Positions 32,427-43,371 of a stretch of DNA of 64,000 bases are shown one piece after another. The stretch covers positions 96,001-160,000 of the forward strand of contig CAVPXM010000053.1 of the NCBI GenBank assembly GCA_963709405.1. The letters are read 5' to 3'. Made by a program: the position numbers and the translations under genes. The notes below the pieces were generated by a model, which did not search any database, was not told where the DNA came from, and was given only the letters and a program-made list of their open reading frames with translations. Numbering within the stretch: position 1 is the stretch's first letter; every line of letters starts with the position of its first letter. The stretch comes from an uncultured Nitrososphaerales archaeon. Its GTDB lineage: Archaea; Thermoproteota; Nitrososphaeria; Nitrososphaerales; Nitrososphaeraceae.

Positions 32427-34226
32427 ATGGACTTGCTTTCCAAAAGAATAAAGGAAATCGGTGTCATTTCTATAATTCTGATTATTGCATTTTCTCTCGG
32501 TTTATTATTCTACATTCAAAGAATTACCGAAAGCGACATCAAATCTAATTTACTTTTGCAGCAAAAACAGCGTCAGATAGGATCTACATTTGATATTTCA
32601 CTACATGCCGGTTCAGACCTGGATTTAGTTGTTGGAATGCTTGATGGATTGGCCAACTCTTTTTATCTACAACGAGGGGATCTTTCTGGTGACAATGCTA
32701 CGAAACTAGTAGGAGAAAAATATACCCAATTTAACAAGGTCATAAATAGACTATTTCTTTTGGACAAAAATAATATTGTGAAACTTAGCTTTTCTCCCCC
32801 CGGGTCAGAGGGGGCCCTTTTAGGTGCGGATTATTCACTAAGGGATTGGGTGGCAGAAACAAGGACTAATCTAAAGCCCGTATTTTCCAATGGCTTTGAG
32901 AGAGAGGGAATGTACACGATTTTTATATCCTATCCAATAATTAGCAGGGAGAATGGACAATTGCTTGGGATAATTGCAACCTCGATACCTACAGTCCCAT
33001 TTTTTGCTCATTACGGAAATGTGGAGCGTATCGACACGCCGTTCTTGGTTGCGTTCGACACAAACGGTACTATGTTGGCAAATGGTGCTAGTCAGACATT
33101 GGTAGGCCAAAATTTTTTTGGGAACTATACCCAACAGTTTATCAACCATAATTTGATCCTAAATAACCAAACCCGTGCATTGTTAGCTGGTAATCCTGGT
33201 TCTGCAGTCTATGATTATGGGAGAGGCGAACGGTTGACTACTGGCTCGCCTATTTTTGTGAACGGTAAGCCCACATACTTCATCCAAGTAGTAACGCCAA
33301 CTTCACAAATCTACTCCACCGTAAAGGGGTTGCTTTCGACCGAAGATGCGAAGATGTTCACACTTCTTGCAAGTACCTTTGCAGCGATATCTGTGCTAAT
33401 AATATTTCTTATCAAATGGACTGGCATATTAGATACAGAGGTGAAAAGAAGAACTAAAGAGTTGGATGAATCAAATAGACAACTTGCATTAGCCAACGAG
33501 AAACTTAAACTCCGTGATAAAATGCAGGAAGAATTTATCAATATCGCTGCTCACGAACTAAGGACTCCTATCCAACCAATCATCGGCTTGTCCGAGGTTC
33601 TACGTTATAAAAAGCCGCAAGGGCAGTTACAATACGATCAGATGTTAGACGTAATAATCAGAAACGCAAAAAGATTGCGAAACCTATCAGAGGATATCTT
33701 GGACGTTACAAGAATTGAGAGTCATTCACTGTTAATTAAAAAAGAGAAATTCGATCTAAATCAGCTGATACTGAATGCTGTCACAGATTGCAAGAATTAT
33801 GTTACAAACAAAAATAAAGACAATAATATAAAAATAGAACCAGTCTTTAATGGAAAAGCAGATATCTATGTAGAAGCAGATAAGAACAGAATTAATCAGG
33901 TGGTTTCAAACCTCTTAGTCAATGCTATTAAATTTACTAAAGAAGGAACTATATCTATTACAACAGAAAAGAAAGAAGGTAACTGCCATGACCATAATAG
34001 CCGTGAGGTTGTGGTTGTCTCCATAAAGGATAGTGGTACTGGAATAGTTCCGGAGGTATTGCCTAAGCTTTTTACAAAGTTTACTTCAAACTCACAAGGA
34101 GGGACTGGATTGGGTTTATTTATATCAAGGAATATTATCGAAGCTCATGGGGGTAGAATATGGGCAGATAATAATAAAGATGGTAATGGTGCTACATTTA
34201 GCTTCTGTTTACCAACGACCGAATAG
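32427..34226 (+). CDS. Membrane sensor histidine kinase (Cache-like sensor, HisKA, HATPase_c)
   Basis: Two TMs, DYSLRDW Cache-like motif, AAHELRTP, NLLVNAIKFT, DSGTGI and GTGLGL. Confidence 0.95.
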   Translation: MDLLSKRIKEIGVISIILIIAFSLGLLFYIQRITESDIKSNLLLQQKQRQIGSTFDISLHAGSDLDLVVGMLDGLANSFYLQRGDLSGDNATKLVGEKYTQFNKVINRLFLLDKNNIVKLSFSPPGSEGALLGADYSLRDWVAETRTNLKPVFSNGFEREGMYTIFISYPIISRENGQLLGIIATSIPTVPFFAHYGNVERIDTPFLVAFDTNGTMLANGASQTLVGQNFFGNYTQQFINHNLILNNQTRALLAGNPGSAVYDYGRGERLTTGSPIFVNGKPTYFIQVVTPTSQIYSTVKGLLSTEDAKMFTLLASTFAAISVLIIFLIKWTGILDTEVKRRTKELDESNRQLALANEKLKLRDKMQEEFINIAAHELRTPIQPIIGLSEVLRYKKPQGQLQYDQMLDVIIRNAKRLRNLSEDILDVTRIESHSLLIKKEKFDLNQLILNAVTDCKNYVTNKNKDNNIKIEPVFNGKADIYVEADKNRINQVVSNLLVNAIKFTKEGTISITTEKKEGNCHDHNSREVVVVSIKDSGTGIVPEVLPKLFTKFTSNSQGGTGLGLFISRNIIEAHGGRIWADNNKDGNGATFSFCLPTTE

Positions 34227-34784
34227 GATAAAATAACATCAATTATAGTAAATATTGACTCTCTAAGAAGGTCATGTTTATCGGCGAGATGTAAGATTCA
34301 AGGGTTATAGGCAAAAAAAATAGCTCTGGTATACTTGGCCTGTATATATAAAAAAGGCTGGCCATCGCATTATTCGTACGATATCCAGATAAAGTCAATA
34401 AAGCATTACATACATTTCTTTTGCCATGACAAACCCTGGTTGACTGATATTTATCGGTGGACGTAAGATTATACTCCCTTTTTATAGACAAGACTATCTT
34501 TTTATCTATTTTGCCTTTATGAGTAGTAGTATTAATATGTCTTCGTAACTGATCTCGTAATTAGGAGATAGGCTACGGATACTGGCACAATATCGTTCCA
34601 TAGGATCTTCTCTCTTTACTTTTCGTCATTTGGACGATACTAACTACTACTGCTTTGCCTTCTATCATCACTATAGCTCTAGAGTACAACTTCAAAAATC
34701 TCTCAGATTTCATGTTCTTCTTATTAGTATCATCTCGCACAGTCTTTACGATAGGCTAGAATTTAATGAATTTAATTACTCCTT

Positions 34785-35160
34785 TTAATTATGTTTGAAT
34801 AGTTGTCCTGTGTATCTGTTTAATAGTACACCAACAAGTGAGATAAATCCAAATTCATTTACAAGGATACCTAAAGTTCCAGGATTAGGCTTTTCTATGG
34901 TGATTTCTTGCAGTAACACCAGCATTGCTACACCTCCACCTATTCCATGTTTACTGCTACTGCTACTACTCTGACTACTGCCGCTACCATTTAACCGATT
35001 ATTCGCTGCGGGTTGACCATCCTGTGCCATTCTGAATATTCAGCTTGTCCCTTCAAGTGTATCTCCATTTTTCACATCCTGAGCTTGATCCGCATGCCCT
35101 CCCCAACGTAACTAATGACTGTATTCAAATTATTGCCAGGACCAACTCATGACCTTACCA
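34785..35160 (-). pseudogene. Probable remnant of a secreted protein gene
   Basis: Protein-like frame (GHADQAQDVKNGDTLEGTS*...Ser-rich linker..EITIEKPNPGTLGILVNEFGF) interrupted by a stop, with no clear start. Confidence 0.35.
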
Positions 35161-35308
35161 CCATTATAATTATTATTTTTTCTAGTAGTAAAGGAAGAAC
35201 CGAAGTATTCCAAAAGCAATCTACGATATATAATTTTGACTGTTACCTGGGGTCAATTGTCGATTGTGTGGGTTGCTCCCATTGTCGGCTTGAAATAGCA
35301 ACAGTTCA

Positions 35309-35749
35309 TCAAATCTTGAGTTTATGCGCGACTAGAAAAGTCATTAACATCATTGCAAATAGGAGGACCCCAGAAGATAAATGAACAGCAACCAATAACG
35401 GTTCCAACTTTAAGTTAACGATTAACATACCCAAGACAATCTGAATCAAAATCAAAATAACAGATGCAATGGAGGTGTTTCTTGCGGATTTAACCTTTTT
35501 ATTCGCGTAAGTAGCAGTGAAAATCACGCTGGCTGCTGTTATGACAACAAGCATCCTGTGGAAATGTTCGAAAAAATATTTTTCTGGTGGAAAGCTAAAT
35601 CCATTTGGGCATAATGGCCAACCAGGGCAGGATAATCCCTGATGAGAAGCAGCAATATATACTCCAAATAGCATAATGACATAAATTAAACTCAGAGAAA
35701 TAAACGATAAAGCCAGCATATTTTTGTGAATGGTATCTTGCCTGGCCAT
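35309..35749 (-). CDS. ctaA: COX15/CtaA-family heme A synthase (short 4-TM form)
   Basis: GLSCPGWPLC, FEHFHR, QIVLG and VAVHL. Confidence 0.85.
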   Translation of the reverse strand: MARQDTIHKNMLALSFISLSLIYVIMLFGVYIAASHQGLSCPGWPLCPNGFSFPPEKYFFEHFHRMLVVITAASVIFTATYANKKVKSARNTSIASVILILIQIVLGMLIVNLKLEPLLVAVHLSSGVLLFAMMLMTFLVAHKLKI

Positions 35750-35936
35750 GAAGTAAGTCCCAATTAGCTGATTATTAATCTTAGTTTAATGGATTTCCGT
35801 GTTCAAAATTTGGTAGAATGTAAGTTGTTACGTTCTATCCTGACTTCACATGCTTGTTTAATGATGTAATTTTAGATTAGTTTAATATACCAAAATGAAT
35901 ACATAGAATTTACTCAGGTATAGGGTTAATGGTGGG

Positions 35937-36320
35937 ATGAATACTAACATAATTGCAATTGTCGCCATATCATTTATGTCAGTTGGGATAATATGGGCAG
36001 TTGGCAATCTGACCCATACCACTATTGAATCAAAAGTTAAAACTGCAAATGGCGTATTACTGATAGCGCAAGATAATCGCTTTAACGTGACTAATCCCAC
36101 AATCTATGCAAGCACAAACCTTCCAAAAAAACTAATCATACTAAACAAAGATTTCGTTAGACATGATTTCATTGTTGATGGTTTAGGCATTAATACATCT
36201 TACCTGTCTGCCGATCAGTCTTTTATAACCGCCATTGCCACAAAAAAAGCAGGAATATATGAATATTATTGCTCTTTGCATCCAGAAACTATGAGAGGGA
36301 AAATAGTAGTAAAGTCATAG
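35937..36320 (+). CDS. Membrane-anchored cupredoxin (type 1 copper)
   Basis: N-terminal TM; RHDF and YYCSLHPETM supply H, C, H and M ligands. Confidence 0.9.
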   Translation: MNTNIIAIVAISFMSVGIIWAVGNLTHTTIESKVKTANGVLLIAQDNRFNVTNPTIYASTNLPKKLIILNKDFVRHDFIVDGLGINTSYLSADQSFITAIATKKAGIYEYYCSLHPETMRGKIVVKS

Positions 36321-36470
36321 ATAGAGGATTATGAATATAAACGCATACATACCTCAATCGACAGTCATAATCATTTGAGATACATATTAGCCTACATTTT
36401 ACTTTTATTTGAAGTTCATAGCCCAAAAATTATGACAAAGCGCAATATACCCAATATTTTCTAATTCTTT

Positions 36471-38999
36471 TTGGTGCAAATATATAATGTTGTCCTGTGT
36501 AACAAGTTAAGCATATTAATGAATTTAGGAAATGGGAGATCTTTTGTTTTAAGGATGGTTCTTATGTCATTCTCCCAAGTTCTAGCTGAAATTGTCAGAC
36601 GTAAAAAGGATCCTGGTAACCGTGACTGTGATTCATATGAGCATTCGCGATCTAGTGGTTATTCATTCAGCTTAACATATAACGATCTCGCCAGATGGTT
36701 ATTCATAACACTAGCTTTTATGGGTATTCTGGCTACCGGTTGGTTTGGGATACCACTTGCACCAAGATATCTAGCACTCCATCAGGTCGATATACAAGCT
36801 GAAATATTCACGTTATTTAGTGCATTAGGCACTATCTGGGGCGTAATGGCGTATCGTGAGTTGACAAGATCAGGCGTGCTCATCGTGGAAGTAAGAGACC
36901 TTGCACGCAATCTCGATCCACTTATGGGGAATTACGATTATCGATCTTATAATCCTGAAACTAAGGAGTACGAAAATGGCTATCTTCCACTTGGTCCAAT
37001 AGACTTTTGGGATAAAGAAACCCAAGTGCCGACGTGGCTAGATAAAGGCAAATATTGGCATGTCTTACTTGGCCTTCAAACTGGGACTAAGGAAATTATT
37101 CTTCAGGTTGTACGGGATACCGATCTGCCATTTGCAGTGGACAGAAGAAACGTCGCTGTTACCTATAAAGAGACGATATCACAAGATGGATCCCAACGCA
37201 AGACAAATAAACGTTACAGATACAGGGTAAAAATACCGCAGTGGTTAGTCATGAATACTGACCGAGTCAGGTTGATGGATCGCCAAAAAGGAGTACAAGT
37301 TGACGATGCCAAGATTGGTACGCTTATAGCAGAGCTTAACAGGAAACTTGTTCTGGCCTCGGAGGAAATTGTAGAGAGGGAAAGAGCAAGAATCAAATAT
37401 CCATGGAAATTAACGACGCTAGGTATTTATATAAATAAGAGCCTCCCTATTCGACTAATTTACAATGAAATCATTAGACATCTACCTGGTGCAAAAAAGA
37501 GATCTATTGCATATACGAATGAGAACCTTGCCAATATAAAAGACGACGAGCTAATTTCTGCCATAGTTCAGGCTGCCATGCAGAGAGGAATATCTGATGA
37601 CAAGATTTTTAGAATTAGAGCACTCGTGCGATTCCTTCAAAAATCATACACGTCCCAAGGAATTGGTGAAGGATCGAGTGAATATCATAATTTCCATCAT
37701 ACCCTCGAAGTCTCTTATTTAAGCCTACAAATGCTACCGCGAGAATTTCGCAACTATAGGTTTAATTCGACTGATTATGAGTTGCTTCTGATAGCTGGTC
37801 TTTTACATGATTATGACCCAGCTCAGCTAGAGTCCGATCGTAACCCTGGTACTAGTCCCAAAGGACCCAATGTTGTAAGAACTATAAATGAGATACAACG
37901 GACTGGGATTCATGATGCATATTTTACGATGAGTGGGTATGAATTTGAAAATTACTTTAGAGAATATAAATCAGCACTCTTGCCTCCAATAGAATTTGCG
38001 ACAACTCATCCTGAGTATATTATGCCGCAAAACAGAGGAGTAAACGAAAGTAAAATTATTGAAGCATTGATCTGGAGAACTGATTTCCCATATTTTAAGC
38101 AAGAGCTGGCTCAGAAGAGATTTTCTGAACATATATCTGATCTTGAAAAGACTGGTTCCGATTCAAGTAAGATAAAGATAATTGGCGAGATACTGTGGCT
38201 AGCTGATTTATCTGTTACCTATATGGGTTCAGATCCAATTAGGGCTTGGGTCAGAGTCACCAACCTATATGAAGAACTATATCTTCCAAAAGTTGAAGCT
38301 GTGTCAAGAACCGATGAGTTTTTTTCAGATTTTGCCGAGACCGATCTCTTTAAGGAGCTAATCCGTATCCGACATTTTCCGGATATCTTTAGACAAAGAT
38401 GGAACCTTATATACCAATTTTTTCATGAGGGCAATCCGTCAACACAACTGAACAGAACTATTAACAAGGCACGAGGACTATACCTTAAAGTTAATATAGA
38501 AATAGAAATGCGGAGCGGGGATATCTTGGAAGAAATCGCAGTAAATAATTGGGCAGAGTATTTTATCGGCATCGGGAAAGACCAGACAGAGGTCTCTAGG
38601 GCAAAGTCAAGGTTTGCCGATTTAGATCCACCTAATGCTTCATCATTTTGGGGAGACACTCATAAGTTAATCCCAAACATTGCAAATAGATCTGTTGACA
38701 ATTTTTTTCTTGTTTTACCTGAAAAAGATCTCTCCAAATCTATGAATAGCGAAAAATCAGGAATGACATCCCTATTGTCGCACATGTCAGCTAAATTAAG
38801 AGCAAGGGGATCTCTTCAGGTTCTAACAGACATCGAAGAATCTAGTAAATGCTTCACCGACCTCATATCAATTTGTGCAAACTCAGGCTTCCATATAGAT
38901 TCTGGCAGACTCCGCAAAGAATATTTTCCAACGAAAATAGGCGAACCATATTTTATTGTTGGTCGTAAAGTTCAGACTTTAGTTTTCAATTTAGATTAA
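36471..38999 (+). CDS. Large membrane-anchored HD-domain phosphohydrolase (class I PDE-like motifs); true start probably 36555 or 36564
   Basis: Two N-terminal TMs; EYHNFHHTLEV, GLLHDYDP, LIWRTD and LWLADL. Confidence 0.8.
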   Translation: MVQIYNVVLCNKLSILMNLGNGRSFVLRMVLMSFSQVLAEIVRRKKDPGNRDCDSYEHSRSSGYSFSLTYNDLARWLFITLAFMGILATGWFGIPLAPRYLALHQVDIQAEIFTLFSALGTIWGVMAYRELTRSGVLIVEVRDLARNLDPLMGNYDYRSYNPETKEYENGYLPLGPIDFWDKETQVPTWLDKGKYWHVLLGLQTGTKEIILQVVRDTDLPFAVDRRNVAVTYKETISQDGSQRKTNKRYRYRVKIPQWLVMNTDRVRLMDRQKGVQVDDAKIGTLIAELNRKLVLASEEIVERERARIKYPWKLTTLGIYINKSLPIRLIYNEIIRHLPGAKKRSIAYTNENLANIKDDELISAIVQAAMQRGISDDKIFRIRALVRFLQKSYTSQGIGEGSSEYHNFHHTLEVSYLSLQMLPREFRNYRFNSTDYELLLIAGLLHDYDPAQLESDRNPGTSPKGPNVVRTINEIQRTGIHDAYFTMSGYEFENYFREYKSALLPPIEFATTHPEYIMPQNRGVNESKIIEALIWRTDFPYFKQELAQKRFSEHISDLEKTGSDSSKIKIIGEILWLADLSVTYMGSDPIRAWVRVTNLYEELYLPKVEAVSRTDEFFSDFAETDLFKELIRIRHFPDIFRQRWNLIYQFFHEGNPSTQLNRTINKARGLYLKVNIEIEMRSGDILEEIAVNNWAEYFIGIGKDQTEVSRAKSRFADLDPPNASSFWGDTHKLIPNIANRSVDNFFLVLPEKDLSKSMNSEKSGMTSLLSHMSAKLRARGSLQVLTDIEESSKCFTDLISICANSGFHIDSGRLRKEYFPTKIGEPYFIVGRKVQTLVFNLD

Positions 39000-39177
39000 C
39001 CCAATAATGGAGGATCTATTTCGACAGCTATCGACTGAGTATAGACAAAGATGAGGAATTGTTGGAAACGTTCTACATCGTAATATATTAATCGTCGCCA
39101 TTAAAAGTAATGTCATGTGTGCATGAAACATTTGTTGGCAAAAGAAAGACACTACTCCTGACCTTATCAGACAGGAT

Positions 39178-39594
39178 TTACTGGAGTAATTTTTCCAAAA
39201 CTTCCTCCAGTTTTGGAACAGTTTTGTAATTTTTTAAATCATGTGGCAACACCCATATGTATTCATCGTGTTCCCAATCCAGCTTGATTGACTGCGTACT
39301 TGATTGAAACAAGTATGGATGCACAATCCAGATAATATTAGGAAGCTGGGCATCTGTGGCCTCCAATGGGTCTGCACTTCTAAGAAGAGTGACCTGACTT
39401 TCTGTAAGGCCACTTTCCTCTCGTATTTCCTTCAGAGCCTGAGCTAATGGGTCTTCATTCTCTAGATAGCCACTTATTCCAGCCCACATTCCTTTCATTG
39501 TTCTAACCCTAGAGCTGCGTTTAAGAAGCAATATCCTTCCTCCATGTTCCAGAAAGACTGTGACAACTCTGATTCTAATATCGCTGACAGTCAC
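39178..39594 (-). CDS. NUDIX hydrolase
   Basis: Nudix box GYLENEDPLAQALKEIREESGL and WEHDEYIW. Confidence 0.92.
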   Translation of the reverse strand: MTVSDIRIRVVTVFLEHGGRILLLKRSSRVRTMKGMWAGISGYLENEDPLAQALKEIREESGLTESQVTLLRSADPLEATDAQLPNIIWIVHPYLFQSSTQSIKLDWEHDEYIWVLPHDLKNYKTVPKLEEVLEKLLQ

Positions 39595-39708
39595 AACTCA
39601 TTTTAATTGGAAGATAGTATTAGATTTTTATATCGAGCTCTTATTCGTACTTCAAGTCTTATCTTGAACAATTTGAATAGGCTACGATTTCGAGCCAATC
39701 AACATCGA

Positions 39709-40530
39709 TCACAAAGACAGTATATCAAGACCGTAACGCTCTATCAAATGCACTATTCTAGTCCTTTCCTTACCTAAACCCTTCTTGTCAACTACAATAT
39801 GAGTTACCTTTTCGATGCTCTTCGAGGACATTTGTTCTAACATGTAATGGTCGACAAGAGTTAGGTTATGCTTAGCAGCTATGGTAGCAAGACCATATTC
39901 TGATTCCAGCAACAACTTATTAAATTTAGCTGGATAGTGTGACCCACCAAGCCCGATACCTACTTTATCACAACTCCTGAATCCTGTCGCAATCACCTCC
40001 AATATTGCGTCGCACAGAATTGAAGCTGCGTTAGTATCAGCCCACTGATTGGCCGTCGAACCTATCTCCACAAATAGAATTGGACTCTGTAATGATGTTG
40101 GTCCGTGATGTGTGGCTTCAATACTTATTTCGTAATCTGGCACTAATGATTTCTTACTGTTAATTCGATGAATGAGATTTTTCTGTAAGGATGGAAAAGT
40201 TAATCCAAGTTCTCTTGGGTTACCTCCAAAATGGTTATCTGAAAAATTACCTGTAGAGTGACAAGTTAATGCTGGAATTTTCTTGGCCGATTCGTGTTTG
40301 GACAGAAAGATTAATGCCTTTGATCTTTGAACACGTACGTCAAGAGTATCTAAGGAAAGAAGTTCGAGATTGGATACATAAAGTCTGGCATTTTTATGGA
40401 TTTTAGATTCAAAGATATTAGACCCGTGCTCGAGAGCTTCAAACCCCTTATTATTTATTAGATAGTTTGACATAGTCGTACTCGCCAAATCTTTTTTCGA
40501 AGCTATAAGGGTATAAGATTCTTCTTTCAT
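39709..40530 (-). CDS. dtdA: D-aminoacyl-tRNA deacylase (DTD2 type)
   Basis: FLSKHES, TCHSTGN, EATHHGP, FVEIGS and GGSHY. Confidence 0.93.
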   Translation of the reverse strand: MKEESYTLIASKKDLASTTMSNYLINNKGFEALEHGSNIFESKIHKNARLYVSNLELLSLDTLDVRVQRSKALIFLSKHESAKKIPALTCHSTGNFSDNHFGGNPRELGLTFPSLQKNLIHRINSKKSLVPDYEISIEATHHGPTSLQSPILFVEIGSTANQWADTNAASILCDAILEVIATGFRSCDKVGIGLGGSHYPAKFNKLLLESEYGLATIAAKHNLTLVDHYMLEQMSSKSIEKVTHIVVDKKGLGKERTRIVHLIERYGLDILSL

Positions 40531-41249
40531 GAATGTTGTTTATGTTAGCAGAAAGTCGCTTATTTTTATGTTTGATAGACTTTGATGGGCTAGGAGCGGA
40601 GGTTTTCGAAATGTACTCCACAATTCCAGATAACATATTCGTACAGTTTAATTTCTGTATATGTTAATTTATGAATGTGGATTGATTTTAAAACAGTTAC
40701 ATGACCAGACCTAGTTTTTTGTTTCTCTGATGAATACTGTTATATTTTAACATCTGGAGACATCGATAATGGTGTAGGACTTGTCTTGGCTCCATATTTT
40801 CCTTGATCCTTCCGATCAATATAGTCCATCGTTAGCTAATCGTAGATCAAGCGTTGTCAAGTCTGCTGCTCTTCACGATACTTTATTACATTTTATTGTG
40901 AATCGAGTAATCTGTTAGTCTTTCTATTCCTTTGTATCTAGATGTATATTATGTCCTTTATTTTCTACAGATCATTCCTTCAAACATTAGATACTGAATA
41001 TAACCGGTATAGTCTTTTACGTATTTGCTTAAACTTCGTGATTGCTGTATGACGACACATTACCAAGTCTAACCAACTTTAGTACGCGATATTGTCATCT
41101 GTATTCGTAAAATATAGCCTCTAATAATGAGCCATATATCTGAGACTATCATTGAAGATAGTGCAGAGCATATGACTATTTGATTCAAAATTGCGTATTA
41201 GTATTGCACAAGTTAAGTAAATTTATAAATTGCATTAGATTATCGATTA

Positions 41250-41924
41250 ATGAAAATAAGAAATATGAACAATTATCTTGAAAAAAGTAAACATTCTGAT
41301 GATGACACTTTTGATGATTTATCTGAGGTAGGAGATAATGATACGGAGAACTTGGAAAGAATTGAGGGTACAGAAATAGCTGAACATCTTGACGAGGGGT
41401 CGCACTCATCCACATCTCGGGACGAAATATCTTCTATCGAGAGTGCAAATACCGTTTTACCAGAAGAGAAGTTAAAGACTATAGAATCTAAATTTTTTGC
41501 AATTAGAACCACAGGTGGACAGGAGCGAGTGGTAGCAAATATTCTACAAAATAAGATCAATGCTAAGAAACTTGGAATCTATTCTATACTTGTACTAGAC
41601 AGCTTTAAGGGTTACATAATAATCGAGGCACCAGACTCGATGGTCGCCTTTGAAGCATTGTCGGGGGTTAGGCACGTAAGAGGACAGATTCGTGGAGAAT
41701 TGCCATTCAAAGATATCGAAGGTTATATTGTCAAGAAACCTGTAGTAGCCGAACTGAGCGTAGATGACACCGTGGAAGTTATCGGAGGTCCTTTCAAATC
41801 AATGAAGGCCAAGATAACAAGAGTCGACTATGAGAAACAAGAGGCAACTGTAGTACTGCTCGATTCACCTTACCAGATACCGGTTACCGTAGATGCAAAT
41901 TATTTGAAAAAGGCGTTACACTAG
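41250..41924 (+). CDS. spt5: Transcription elongation factor Spt5 with acidic N-terminal extension
   Basis: NGN (FAIRTTGGQE..KGYIIIEA) and KOW (VEVIGGPFK) domains. Confidence 0.95.
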   Translation: MKIRNMNNYLEKSKHSDDDTFDDLSEVGDNDTENLERIEGTEIAEHLDEGSHSSTSRDEISSIESANTVLPEEKLKTIESKFFAIRTTGGQERVVANILQNKINAKKLGIYSILVLDSFKGYIIIEAPDSMVAFEALSGVRHVRGQIRGELPFKDIEGYIVKKPVVAELSVDDTVEVIGGPFKSMKAKITRVDYEKQEATVVLLDSPYQIPVTVDANYLKKALH

Positions 41925-42102
41925 CGATATTTGCATGTTCATTTATAGAGGAAAGGAATCGAAACGTTATATTCTAGATTTAATACTCGCATTCAGTCCA
42001 AATATAGTAGTTTAGAAACTATCTATTGTACTGTTCATATTATGAATTCTATGCTCACTGCTTCTGTGACTCACAATACAACTGTATCATAATATATGGA
42101 AG

Positions 42103-42303
42103 ATGGCTGGCAGGAACGCTAGAAAAGTATCCGGGAGTTGGTGCCATAAAGAGTTGAATAGAAGAGATAAGAAAAGACTATTGATATATACCGGAATTGC
42201 GCTAATTGCTAGTGGCACTATCTTAATGATCCTGCTATACACCCTGGTATACTGGCATACTACGAAGACTATGCACGAGAATATCAATACTAGGCAGCGG
42301 TAA
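42103..42303 (+). CDS. Small single-TM protein
   Basis: Basic stretch followed by one hydrophobic helix; the start may be a downstream TTG. Confidence 0.45.
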   Translation: MAGRNARKVSGSWCHKELNRRDKKRLLIYTGIALIASGTILMILLYTLVYWHTTKTMHENINTRQR

Positions 42304-42522
42304 GGCATTGGTGGAAATATTCATTAGATCGACTGGGGGTAATTATTTACTCAGCCCCTATTATAACGATAGATAGAAGTAAGTATTTCACCTTGTAAAA
42401 TGTGACATATTAATAATTCTATCAGAAAAAAGTACACATTGGGATCTGGAATCTCCACCCGGATGGTGTCTTTATTGTTCCATTTTATTGAGTTGTTATT
42501 ATACATGCGTCCATACTCTTCC

Positions 42523-43089
42523 CTACAATTTGCTTTCCATCTGGCTAAGCGAACTGACCCTAATAGGCCAATTGAAACCAACATTCCATGGTTGATTGAA
42601 TAGGATCCCCGTTTTTGGTGGGGTAATATCGATCAAGTTTACCGGTGCATCGTCTACTAGAATGTCAAATTGATAATTTGCTTTTGGTGTTCCATCATAT
42701 ACGAATATAAGATCGTCAGAAAAGATGTCATGGTAATCGAGCCAGTTTGCAACATACGATACGGTGGGTCGTTCCCTTTTTGTAAGAATTGAAATCCTAT
42801 AGCCTTTTTTGTGAATTCGGTTAACAATATCTGCCAAGTTAGGCTCAGATGGAGGAATATCCTTCCATAGGCGAGTCCAAACATATATAAAAATGTTAGA
42901 GATTTCCGCAGCAGTTATCGGCAGAATCTTTGTAATATCCCAGGATGTTATTTCATCCTTGGTTATCCTAGTTTTGTTGATCCTACTAAATACTGCCGTC
43001 CATAATTTCATTGTGTCTGCCAAGACCGAGTCTAGGTCAATTGCGAGTGTTCTAGTCACATCGATTTCAGACGAGTATAAGGGATACAT
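42523..43089 (-). CDS. 5'(3')-deoxyribonucleotidase-like HAD hydrolase (NT5C family)
   Basis: AIDLDSVLAD, ILTKR, ILVDDAP and FNQPWN. Confidence 0.85.
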   Translation of the reverse strand: MYPLYSSEIDVTRTLAIDLDSVLADTMKLWTAVFSRINKTRITKDEITSWDITKILPITAAEISNIFIYVWTRLWKDIPPSEPNLADIVNRIHKKGYRISILTKRERPTVSYVANWLDYHDIFSDDLIFVYDGTPKANYQFDILVDDAPVNLIDITPPKTGILFNQPWNVGFNWPIRVSSLSQMESKL

Positions 43090-43371
43090 ATTTGTAATGA
43101 CACTCTGGTTAGGCTATGAATTCAATTCAATTTAGTAGATCTCCATTAATCAGACAAAAGTGGATGGACTGTTCATGTAAACTGATGAGTTGGCTTTGCA
43201 GAATCGATCTTAGCAGACTAGCAAATCTATCTCATGCATCATTAGATATCAATCTATTAATCAATTTATCGAAATACTAATAGTCTTGGTCTTGATATCA
43301 AGCAAAAAATTCTAGTTAATATGATCTTTACCAAAGACATTTATATCTAGCTACAGGCTCCGTGGTAAATT

